64,000 bases of DNA from NCBI GenBank assembly GCA_951406725.2, contig OX597817.1, forward strand, positions 434,001 to 498,000, in the 5' to 3' direction. Within the stretch, counting starts at the first letter, position 1, and each line of letters begins with the position of its first letter. A program made the position numbers and the translations under genes. Under the pieces are notes generated by a model. The model was not told the origin of the DNA, made no database searches, and was given only the letters and a program-made list of their open reading frames with translations. The DNA comes from Octopus vulgaris. Taxonomy: Eukaryota. Below, piece after piece: positions 14,035-25,138 of the stretch.

Positions 14035-14457
14035 TCCAGTTCTAGATTTAAGAGATGAGGAATTATGTATATTATTTATATTATTTACATTTGACAGATA
14101 TTTGTCCTCATCTTGTTTTGTTGTTAGCACAACGTTTTGGTTGATATACTCTCCAGCTTTCATCAGGTGTCTTGGGGAAATTTCGAACCTGGGTTCTCAT
14201 TCCTAAGGTATACTCACAAGCATATGGTGTAATGGTTAAGAGCGTGGGCTACTAACCCCAAGATTCTGAGTTCGATTCCAGGCAGTGACAACAACAACAA
14301 CAGCAGTAGCAGCAGCAACAACAACAACATCGAAAAATACCACAGGAATGAAAACCCAGGTTCAAAATTTCCCCAAGACACCTGATGAAGGCTGGAAGGT
14401 ATATCAGCCGAAATGTGTTAACAACAAAACAAGATGGGGACAAATATCTGTCAAATG
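14035..14457. mobile_element. Fold-back element: inverted ~120 bp arms with degenerate hammerhead motifs around a tRNA-like head
   Basis: Arms 14088-14210 and 14338-14457 are diverged reverse complements. tRNA-like head at 14220-14288 (tggtgtaatgg...gttcgattcc). CTGATGA-stem-GAAA motif in the arms. Confidence 0.8.
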
Positions 14458-14460
14458 GAA

Positions 14461-14562
14461 ATCATCATCATCATCGTCGTTTAACGTCCGTTTTCCATGC
14501 TAGCATGGGTTGGACGGTTCGACCGGGATCTAGGAAGCCAGGAGGCTGCACCAGGCTCCAGT
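14461..14562 (-). mobile_element. Short 3' tail fragment of the RTE-type LINE
   Basis: catcatcatc...tttaacgtccgttttccatgctagcatgggttggacggttc is the reverse complement of the LINE end at 57090-57180. Confidence 0.8.
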
Positions 14563-15934
14563 AATGTAAAAAAAAAGAAAAGAGTCAGTGATGACAATCA
14601 CAATAATGATGACAATAATTGTAGCAACATGCAATAAATAAAAACCAAGCCTCCCTCAAATCATTCTGTAGCAACTTAAAAAAACAAAAAAGAGAAGGAA
14701 AAAAAAAGGTCACATTGGATATCACAGTCCTAAATACACCACCTGAAATACAGATAGGATGGTCAATTCTGGATTGCCTTGATCATAGATTTATTCAGTC
14801 AGCACTCATCTAGGATTAAGCAACAACAGTGGCATTGACAACGGTGGCAGCAGTGACAATAATTAGGATGCTCCTAATTAGGACAATAATGATGACCATG
14901 ATGGCAACAATAATAATAACAGCAGTGGCCACCCACACATACAGCCATGAGCAAATCAGTGAAGAGGATTGGACATGTTCCTACTTCTGCTTCTCCTGAT
15001 TTTCTCAACTCATGGCTACATGGAGTAAAACTAGCAAAAAAGAAACTTTACAGCCAACAACTGAAACAGAGTATTGTGTTATTGTCGGCTGCATCAACAA
15101 CACAAACATAATGTCAATAAGTGTATCACACAAGCTTGTGTTGCTGTTGGTAGTTTTTGATTTAAGGAATTTAATGATACCAAATGTCAGCAAGGAGAGA
15201 GACAGGGGGAGAGAGAGAGAAGGGAGAGAGGGGGAGATGTTGAGAAAAGGAGAAAACTGAGAGCATGCAACAAAAAGAAGTGTGAAAGAGATTATACATG
15301 TGTGCACTGAAAAGTGGAATAAAACAGAAACAAAAAGGATTTGAGGTTGAAAAAGTGAGAAAATGAAAGAGAAACAAAAAGAAAAAAACTGTAACAAAAT
15401 GATAATGAAAAAATGAGATTACTTAATTGTTTATTAGACAAGTTGTTAAATAAAGAAGAGAGAAAAAATATAGGACAAAAATAATTGAAAAAAAAAGCAA
15501 AACTACTTCTCATATATTTAGTGCTCCACATTGATTTTTTCCTAATGTTATGGGTGGGACAGTTGATTTGTTTGGACGCCTATAGCTATTGCTGTGAAGC
15601 ATTCAGCCATGCAGTAAGGAATTGATTGGTAGGTTTTGAGGCTTTTTTTTATGAGTTGGTCAGAGCAACGAGGGTAGTGTCAATGACATTTGCAAGCACC
15701 ACTGAACATTTTGTAGGCCAATGTCTACGAGAGAAACTACGAGCAAGGAAAGGACCGCAGGAGGTCTGGTGTGAATGCTTACAATAAAGAGAACTTTGCT
15801 AAAAGCACCCAAGGACCAAGTAAATGGAAGTGGTATTAAAATGGATGGTGGTTCAGCCAATAGTGTTGTCAATGGATGTTTATGTATGTGTGCGTATTGG
15901 CACAAACTAGAGCAAGCAGAGTTAGGTACCTTAC

Positions 15935-15973
15935 TCCGTGGAGCCAAAACATATGACTGAAGTAACATATGAC
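15935..15973 (-). CDS. PI4KB: Probable 39-nt PI4KB exon (phase 1-1), constitutive or cassette
   Basis: Acceptor cttttgtttccataatcag, donor GGA|gtaagg, length a multiple of 3. Open in the PI4KB frame: (G)HMLLQSYVLAPR(S). No homology support available. Confidence 0.55.
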
Positions 15974-18900
15974 CTGATTATGGAAACAAAAGTTTAACAT
16001 CTCAACTATACAGCCATTAGTACTTCATAATTATAATGTACTACACACTAGGAATCAAATCCAAATCACCAGGCTAATAGCTAGGGATATCTTTTATTTG
16101 TTTCAGTCATTGAATGGTGGCCATGATGGGGCACCACTTTGAAGAGTTTTGTAGTCAAACAAATCAACCCTGTACTTAGGTTTTTTGTATCTTTTCTCTT
16201 TAAAAGTCTGGTACTTAATCTATTATCAGTCACTTTTGCTGAATGCATAAGTTTGGGGATGTAAACAAAGACTGGTTGTCAATTGGTGGGGAGGGGTGAC
16301 ATATATACACACAATGAGCTTCCAGAATTTCCATCTGCCAAATTCACACACAAGACATTGGTTGATTTGTGGCTCTGAGAGAAGATACTTGCCCGAGGTG
16401 TCATGCAGCTGGACTGAACCAGAAACCATGTGATTGAAAAGAGAGCTTCTTAGTCACACAGCCATATAAACTACCTACATATACACTTGTGTGTGTGCGT
16501 GTGTGCGTGCGCACGCGCGTATGAACATGGTTTCAAAATGGCCAATTCACTCCATCATTACACAGACTATGTGTGGCAATTTAGGTGACAAATTTTTTGG
16601 TTTGAAGGATCAAACACAAAGAGGAACTAAATGGCAACAGAATGAATCATCAAAGAACTCTAAAAGGATAAATAAAATCTAATTATGCATAGACTGTGTA
16701 GCCTTTCTCACATTTTTACTCTGGAACGCGTGTGTATTGGCAGGATATTCAATAGTTATGAAAGGAAGTCTGCTATTCAAGAAAGTACTCATCACACAGT
16801 ACTTCATTTGTAGTAATACTAAATATGTTTCATATATGTCATCCTTATCATCATTTAACATCGAACCCATTCCATGCTGGACTGGGTTTGATGGGTTCAA
16901 CAGGAGTTGGCAAGCCAGAGGACTGCACCAAGCCCCACTATCTGTTTTGGCAGGGTTCTTACAGCTGGATGCCCTTCCTAATGTCAACTGCATTACAGAC
17001 TGCTTTTTATGCAGCACCAGCTCTGGCGAGGTCTGTTTTTGCCATACTTTTTACAACTGTATGCATGTGTGTGTGTGTGTGTCATTATTTATCCATTTGT
17101 TTGTTTGCTTGTTTGATTTTACAGTTGATTTTCCATGCTGGCATGGCTTATATCAGGCACAAGCAACCTTTTGCAAGAAGCAGACCGCATGAGACATGGC
17201 TCATCATAAAACAAACTACTAAAAAAATATTGAAAGTAATTTTTTTGTTAGGCGAGCCATTCAGATAACCAAACAAGCCACAGGTTGCCCATAATTGGTT
17301 TAGATGATTATAATGCTAAGGTATTGCTTTACAACCAGATGCCCTTCCTGTTGCTAAACCTTGCCTATTTTCAAGTAAGGGATCTCATTCCATAAGTCTT
17401 GGAAGTACAAAACCAACTGATGATTTGTTGATAAGGATAGCAACAACATCACTGTTTCTAGCTCATCAAGTTTTGGAGAAGTGCAGATGTAAACACATAT
17501 ACACATTAAAGACTTCTTTCAGTTTCCATCTACCAAATCCACTCACAAGATTTTGGCCAGTCAAGGACTATTGTAGAAGACACTCCTCCCAAGGTGTCAC
17601 ACAGTGGGACTGAACCACCAAACCTTGTGGTTGTGAAGTGAACTTCTCAACCACACAACAATGTCTGCACAGACACATATATAATAAATAACGAAGGTTG
17701 GAGTTTGCAATATTTTTATTTTGTAGTTGACAACTGTTTCAACAATTAATTTGTGACTAATCTTGCATCATGTTTATAAACATGTCTATTATCTTCAATT
17801 GTAATTAGTGAATCTTCAGCTTATATGGAACATAGGGGGATATCCCACACACAATTTCAGACAGCTACTGTTTGTAGATGTGCTTCCCAAGATAAATGGC
17901 TAGATTAGCTTACCTCAAATGACCAACTGTGTGTGTGTCTGTATGTGTGTATAATTATTGGAGACAGAAGCAGTATTTGTACCAAAAAGTAATATTTATC
18001 CCACTTCAATATGGATGTTGTGTTAAAACACAGAATACTATGATAGTTACCATAAGAGAATCTCTCAAATGGGTTTTTGGTGGACATAGGCACTTGTTTA
18101 CATCACTAGAAGGAGATAAATCACCTGCTATCTTCACCGACGAGACAACCAGATCCTGTTATTCTAGCTCTCCTTGGCTTTGTCAATGGTAGCCACTCAA
18201 CCACTGGAGTTAACAGCAATGTCTCTGCTATACATAGAACTACAGGGCCTAATCAGGCACTGGTGTCATGAACAGCCAGTGGGTTAATTAAAAAATAATT
18301 GTTAACAACAGAAGCAGTGTACTTCTACAACAAAACCCTTCAAGGTGATGTGCCAACATGGCCACAGTCCAATGACCGGAACAAGTAAAATGTAAACACA
18401 CACACACACACACACTTTAATTGAAGCTGAAATTACACAATGGCAGCTCTGAGTTTCATCTTTTAGCTCATCAGGCTGTAGTAATATAGGGTAGAACATT
18501 CATTTATATAAATATAACTTGGGAAGTCAAACAATATTCAAAATTGTTGTGGATAGGGTTTATAAGAAAAGGTGTCACATTGGATACGGGGCACTGAATA
18601 TGTGGGGGAGGAAGGAATTGGAGAAATGAGAGAATGAAGGAAAGAAAGAAGTGGGAACTGGGGAAAGAAAAAGTGAGGATATAAGAAGAAGTGTGGAGAA
18701 TGAAGTGTAAAAAGGAGACAGCAGCAAGATATAGAATAGTTATAACGAAAAAATAGAAAAGAATAACTGGATGTAGTAAAAAGAAAGAAAACTGTAACAA
18801 ATAAGTAGAGAGAAATATTAGAAAAAAGAAAAGAACATTAGATTATTGAATGTTCAGTTAGTGGATCAGTAAGAATTTGGTTAGCAAGTGATATGAGAAG

Positions 18901-18985
18901 AGAAAGAGGAACCATAGTAATAAGCAGTTAGATCCCGTTTGAAAGCTGAGTAGAAGTCAGCAGGATATGAGACTGGCACTCTTAC

Positions 18986-19057
18986 CTTCCCTTTGAAACA
19001 TTGTTTCATTCTCATCTCCACATGAATTCGTCCTACGTCGCTTGAACTTAAAGTGGC
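18986..19057 (-). CDS. PI4KB: Probable 72-nt PI4KB exon (phase 1-1), likely cassette
   Basis: Strong acceptor tgtctgttctttccaccctaaatttcctacag, strong donor AAG|gtaaga, 72 nt. Open in the PI4KB frame: (G)HFKFKRRRTNSCGDENETMFQRE(G). Confidence 0.65.
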
Positions 19058-21718
19058 CTGTAGGAAATTTAGGGTGGAAAGAACAGACAAAATTTTGACT
19101 TTAAACTGAGTTTGTAGCAAAAGCTTTAAAATGATGAATATAATAGTTCTTTGAAGCAGAACCAATAGAGGTTTTCTGTTTGATATATTTGAAAACTGAT
19201 AAATAGATAAGATAGATATATAACCTAAGGCCTTATATTACAGTTGAGTAATAGCTGCACTAATCAATGTGATTTCCAGTGAGAAATGTATTGCACTTCT
19301 TTTAAATTTTGGATTGTACTGTTCACAAATGAATATTGAGTGTGCACACACACACACACACACACACATATTATCATCCAGTACACACAATAGAGTGACT
19401 GGCATTAAAAATGGTATCCAGTCATAAAAAAAAGCATGCAAAAGTAGACAGTGGAACATAATGCAATCTTTGAACCCATCATTTCCCGTGAAGCCATCCA
19501 ACTCACACGAGCATGAAGTATGGACATTAAATTATGATGATGAAATACACACATACTGTAAAGCTGTACCTGCTTTGGCTAGCAACGAAACAGAGAATTA
19601 CATCTTGGAAAAGCCTTTTAGCCCATTTAGACAGATTTCAAAACTGCTATATTCACTTTTCATTTATTAATAACAGTGCAGTTTACTTTGGCATAGTAGA
19701 CATTACTATGTCTAAAAGTTTCATTACACTTATATGATCCAGTTGCCAACTGGGGTTTATTAACATTCCACAATAAACTGTACTATTGAAAAAAATAAAT
19801 GTGAAGTAAATATAAGTCTGGGTATTCTTAAGTAGCTAAAACTATTCTCCACATCATTATGTGTACATACTCAATCACTCAGGCAGACAGAAACACACAC
19901 ACGAATTGAAAATATTCAAATATCTTGGTTATGTGATGTCTTAACAAAAATCAGTGCTGGCTATAAATTTCTATAGAATATCTCTAGAGATAACCTTAGC
20001 AAGTGATGAAAAGTGCACTGCTAACACAGTAGAACACAGTATTGACTTATAAAAACATTTAATATGCTTTATAGTATATTATGGCTGCATAACAAAATAC
20101 TGTGCCCGTACAAGTCATTAATATTCAAATATCTATTTGCATAATGAGAGAAAACTTAGGCAGTGAGGTAGCTATAAAACCCACAATACTCAGTTAATAT
20201 AAGTAGTATTTCTTGCCTTCTTCCATTAGGCTATTTCTAACCTATGCATCCTTTTTTGCCATGCACTCTTCCTAGGAGGGTTGTGAATGTAGAGTCCTTA
20301 GGCACCTCCTCCATAGATCGTATCAGAAGCAACTGTCATTTCACTGTCTTTTATTCGTAATTTTTACATAAATCTCACACACCTGCACATGTATGCAGAA
20401 AATGTAGCAACAGAATAAAATATCAGATTGGAGAAAACAGTCAATAGGAAGCTGACTCTATGACATTCTCCTGCCTTATCAAAGACTAGAGACAGTAGCT
20501 TCGAATATTTTGACTTGCCTAAAATAAATATCCCTCTTCTACTTTGAGTCTATGTGGTTTGATTTAACTGCAATTTGATGGGCTGGATTCTTAACACTCA
20601 CACACACACAATCATCCTCATCATGGATGACTGGAAACAAAAGAAACTACTGGCATGTCAGTGACAGTAACAGACACACACACACACACACACACAACAG
20701 CTTTCTATCAGTTTCTGTCAACCAAATCCATTCACAAAGCTTTAATTTGTCTGGGGCCATAGTAGAAGATACTTGCCACACAATGGAACTGAACCCAAGA
20801 CCATATGGTTGGGAAGCAAACTTCTTATCAAATAGCCATGCCTGTATGTGTGTGCATATATATTCACACACACACACACACACACACGAACAGATGTGTG
20901 TGTGTGTGTATATATATGTACAGTGCATTAAATGTTGCAGAGTAAGTTGATTAGCTGAAAACCTTTATACAGTGCCCTTTTCTAGAGAACTGCTCTCTGA
21001 ATACTAGTGTCTAACACAATTTATTGCATAACATTACAGCCTTATATAAATTTAACATTATTATCTTTAACCCTAGAATTACGAAACACAATTTTACAGG
21101 GTAACGTGAATTATGATACAGAAATGTTCATCCTACATACTTTTTCCACTTCAGAATCATCAAACACATCCTTGGATTCTTTAAAGTCTCATCCCACCCT
21201 ACCCAGAAATTCTTATGTAATTGAAGCATGTAGCTGCCAGTTTTAAAGTGGTATAACAGCTGGTATTGTACTGAAATACTGTAATGGACTGTATGGATAC
21301 TAATCAGTCCTGCATTAGTTATACAATATGACTGCAGGCATGAAAGTGTTCCACAAGTTCAGTCCAGAAGCACATAGTTCTATGTTAGTTTCCATTATGT
21401 TTGGTATCTTACATGAGTGTCTTCTCAGATAGTCTAATGCCTTCTGCATAAAATTTGGTACACAGATTATATATCATCATCATTTAACAAAAGTTTTCCA
21501 TGCTCACACACACACACACACACACACCTCGTGTGCGTGTGTGTGCATGTGTGATTTTTTTTTTTTAGTTTTATTTAAGAGAGTTCAAGCCAGTTACTAC
21601 TAACAAAGTAACAAAGCTTTCAGAGACAGGTAAGTTCCCAGTGTTTGTAAGTATGTGGTTGAGCTGGTATGCTGGTTAAGCTGTAGATTCACACACCCAA
21701 GTGTGTGCATCTACTCAC

Positions 21719-21930
21719 CTACAGAATCTCAGATGAGAATCTTTGGAATGTCTTACAAATTGTGCCACTGATAGATTGCAGTTGGAGAACCCGCATCAGT
21801 TTCTTTTGCTCTTTCTTTGAAAAAGCTAGTATTTCTAGGGTTTTGTCTAAATTTGTAGGTACAGAGCCTCATGCACCTAGGCACAAATGATAGGTATAAG
21901 AGCCATAAGTTCCGCATTAATTCACCATGC
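21719..21930 (-). mobile_element. 3' fragment of a non-LTR retrotransposon, restriction-like endonuclease (R4/Dong/NeSL-type) C-terminus
   Basis: Broken minus-strand reading GELMRNL...IPII...GSVPTNLDKTLEILAFSKKEQKKLMRVLQLQSISGTICKTFQRF resembles the KY..L...P.I.GALG..P end of RLE domains. Confidence 0.6.
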
Positions 21931-22686
21931 ATGATGCATGCATGTATGTGTATATAAGTATGGTCAGAAGTGTGGTTAAGTGGGGAGAAAGCTCACGTCA
22001 TAATCATAAGTTCCTGGGCTCTATCCCACAACTTGTCGTTTTGAGAAAATATTGTTTGACATAGCCTCAGGTAAATCCAAGCTTTGAGAGTGAAATTTGT
22101 TAGGAACAACTCATGTAGTAACCTATCAGGTGTAGCAAGTATTCAAGACATCAGGCCTCCTATCTGAAAATATCTTCCTTCCTGCCTCCCTTCTTCCTTC
22201 ACATCAGACTCAGAGCCCCTAGAAAAAGGACATTAGACTCTCCTTCCTCCTCGGATTAATTAATAAACAAAACAAACAAAAACCTGAAGGTTTATTCTTC
22301 TGTCAGAAAACTAGTCAATTAATTGCATAACACTATTATTTGTAAACTATACTAATATCCTTTTATACAGAACTCCTGAGTATTGTCTGCTCCAGCAATA
22401 CAAAAGAAAAAAGAAAAGAAAGAAAAAAAAATGGGTTTAGAGCCAAGAAATGTATTAGAAAATCAGCAAAGATATTTCAGCTTGCAACATTTTTTTTTAC
22501 ACCATGCTTATGTATATATAGAAATGTTCAATGCCATGCATGTAGGTAAAGATTTTATGCCATGCTTCAGAAAATATATTTCATGCTTGACGTATTTCAA
22601 TATAAATGTTATGATTTTATGCCATGCTTCACACAAACAAGTTACAGCCAAAAATAAAAATAACCAAGTTATATTTTTTACTCAAC

Positions 22687-22770
<84 letters not shown>

Positions 22771-22773
<3 letters not shown>

Positions 22774-23134
22774 CAGATGAATATGGTACATAAGTTGAGG
22801 CACCAGAATTTAGTACGGTAGCCATACAATTTCAAAATAAGTTGATTAAAATCAAAATAAGCAGCATGGATATCCAGAGGTAATGCAGTACGATTGTTTC
22901 ATGCAACTCCATTTCATTGAACAATGCAACCATTACATCAATTTAAATGCAGAGCAATCCTAATGTGTATACTAATGTGTCCATCTGTTTTAATTTAATT
23001 AAATTCTATGTCTTTGTGCAGCTGAGGATTGCTCTGCATTTAAATTGATGTAATGGTTGCATTGTTCAATTAAATAATGGAGTTGCGTGAAACGATCGTA
23101 CTGCATTACCTCTGGATATCCTGTTGCTTATTTT

Positions 23135-23137
<3 letters not shown>
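22771..23137. mobile_element. Penelope-like fold-back element in a (TA)n/(GA)n tract
   Basis: Inverted arms 22852-22961 and 23025-23136 (~110 bp, few mismatches). Flanked by (TA)n(GA)n at 22689-22770 and (TA)n at 23138-23187. Confidence 0.8.
23016..23106 (+). ncRNA. Type I hammerhead ribozyme motif
   Basis: Stem I tgcag (23017-21) / ctgca (23101-05); core CTGAGGA (23022-28); long stem II hairpin; GAAA (23089-92); palindromic helix III ACGATCGT; cleavage triplet GTA (23098-100). Confidence 0.7.
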
Positions 23138-23190
<53 letters not shown>

Positions 23191-23748
23191 CCTTTTAGTT
23201 TTTCACTTAATAGGGTGTCCGTTCTTGTGCCATCTTGACATGGGCTGGAGTCTAGGGTGGTTGTTTGAGATAGAGGTACAATAGATATTTGAGTGTTAAA
23301 ATGAATTATACAAAATCGTGACCAGAGTCCAGGAAGAGGCGGGGAAAGAGTCATGTATTCCAGTTCAGGCTTGGTTGAACCAACCTATGATCAAATGTGA
23401 TCCAGCCATGACCATCCCATTTTTTCAGAGTGCTTCTCACACTACACTATCAAATGTGTCCTTTTTTAAGATGGTAAGTGTGGTTTGAGGGAGATCTGGA
23501 TGCTATTTTTAGCATATCAAACAACCACTGTTCATACGGTAGGAGTTAGTGTGAGAGATGAAAAGTGGAAGGGTGTACAATGGATGTTATGTAGGGTTAG
23601 GGTAGAACTACCGTGTACATCAGTTACAGATGCCACAGTAGTTTTGGAGGAAATGTAGCTAAATAGTGAGCTTTAGACTGAGGACTATTAGTAATGAAAA
23701 GACCTCCTGCCCTCAACCATATATACACACACACACATATATATATAT

Positions 23749-23945
23749 GTAGGTCCCAGGTTGAGTCGGGGTTAACCACAGTAAATAAGGTACTCAATAC
23801 ATAGCAGAGTAAAGTAATTTATTTTATAGAAGGAGCTTCTACAGGACTAGAACTGTTTCATTCAGATGAAATCTTCAGGAAGCTCCTGAAGATTTCATCT
23901 GAATGAAACAGTTCTAGTCCTGTAGAAGCTCCTTCTATAAAATAA
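23749..23945. mobile_element. Penelope-like fold-back element with perfect 62-bp inverted arms, in a (TA)n tract
   Basis: 23819-23880 is the exact reverse complement of 23884-23945 (spacer agc). (TA)n on both sides. Confidence 0.85.
23831..23887 (-). ncRNA. Type I hammerhead ribozyme motif (sense to the PI4KB pre-mRNA)
   Basis: Minus strand reads aggagcttc-CTGAAGA-tttcatctgaat-GAAA-cag-ttctagtc-ctg-TA-gaagctcct. Perfect 9-bp stem I, intact core, 4-bp helix III with a ctag palindrome in the loop, GUA cleavage triplet. Stem II is weak with a U-U base. Confidence 0.75.
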
Positions 23946-25093
23946 TATATATATATATATATATACAGAACAAAGACAAAAAATGGAATTAATGAGATTC
24001 TTATAAAATATATTGTACATATTTCTTTAAGTAAAAATCTCTCCATACAAAGGTGTGAACATCATGTCGTGCATTCACGTCCATATGCAAATGAGTTTAC
24101 AAGAATGAGCATAAATGATTAAACTGTAGTTTGAAGAAAAGCAAATGCCAGCAGAGCTACAATAATAGGTAGTTCAACTAAGTAAGATCATCCCCACTGT
24201 CCATTGTTATCATTTACTTAAAATAGTAGGATGTGGTTTGAAGGAGATTTGACTTATTTCTACCAGGGTAGGTGATGACATGGCAGCTGCCTTGTTGGAT
24301 TGTGAATAAACGTAGTGGCTGCCTTGTTGGATCATGAAGATATTAGGAAAGAGAGTTTCAAAAAAAAAGCAGTTGACAAAATATCCTAGTTTCATGTAAG
24401 CCAGTTATTTCTACATAGTCAGTGAAAAGATAGGAAGAACTAATGTATAACATTAATAAGATTACTATAGCTCAAATATGCTCAAGATCTTTATAAATTA
24501 ACCCTTTTCATATTAACCTGCCAAAGGCTATTCTTGGTTTGTTCATGTTCTAAAGTGCTCATATTTAAATTAAATCTTTCATTATAATTTTATTTACGAA
24601 ACTTTACTAAACACAAATGTAATAATGAAAAGTTACTTATTTTACAAAAACTCTCTAAATTGTTGATTATTTTCAGTATATTTCATAGGTAACATGCTAA
24701 TAAAAGAGGTTAACTGGTGGATATCAACTTGTGTCACTATTTAATGAGCATGATTCATTAAAATGAATCTGTGAAGAAATTCTAAAATAGGCAAATATGT
24801 TTTCAACCCAGGTATCTTCAAAAAGGGCTTCTGGTAATTCTTAGTACCTTTCTTAACAAAAAAACAGATGGGTCAATACATAAAAAAACAGTAATACATG
24901 GCACTGGGTAACTGGAGCCTGATAGAAAAAGAAAAATTAATTAAATAGATTACATAAAGTATCACATAGGCAATACATAAGTAATAGGTAAGTAATACCA
25001 CTAGCTTTGTGAATAAAATTCATTATAAAATACAGAGATGCAACACGGATTTTTGTCAGTGAACAGAATATAAGAAGAAAATTAAAAATATCA

Positions 25094-25132
<39 letters not shown>

Positions 25133-25138
<6 letters not shown>

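Noticed and set aside
14220-14288. Functional tRNA gene (also 25281-25352)
   Set aside because: Acceptor and anticodon stems are imperfect and both are embedded in repeat elements. Treated as tRNA-derived heads.
14943-15030. 88-nt minus-strand segment with acceptor and gtatgt donor
   Set aside because: It has a stop codon in the PI4KB frame and shifts the frame. At most a poison exon, with no support.
15005-15531. Hydrophobic ORFs in the track (also 18504-18800, 42734-43183, 63203-63573)
   Set aside because: These are translations of purine/pyrimidine-biased or microsatellite sequence with no recognisable domain.
17690-17830. Minus-strand CTGAAGA...GAAACagttGTC hammerhead-like remnant
   Set aside because: No stem I pairing. 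Possibly a decayed Penelope end, but not supportable.
18440-18482. Minus-strand cagc-CTGATGA...GAAAC...gctg
   Set aside because: The cleavage triplet and stem II are missing; too degenerate to call.
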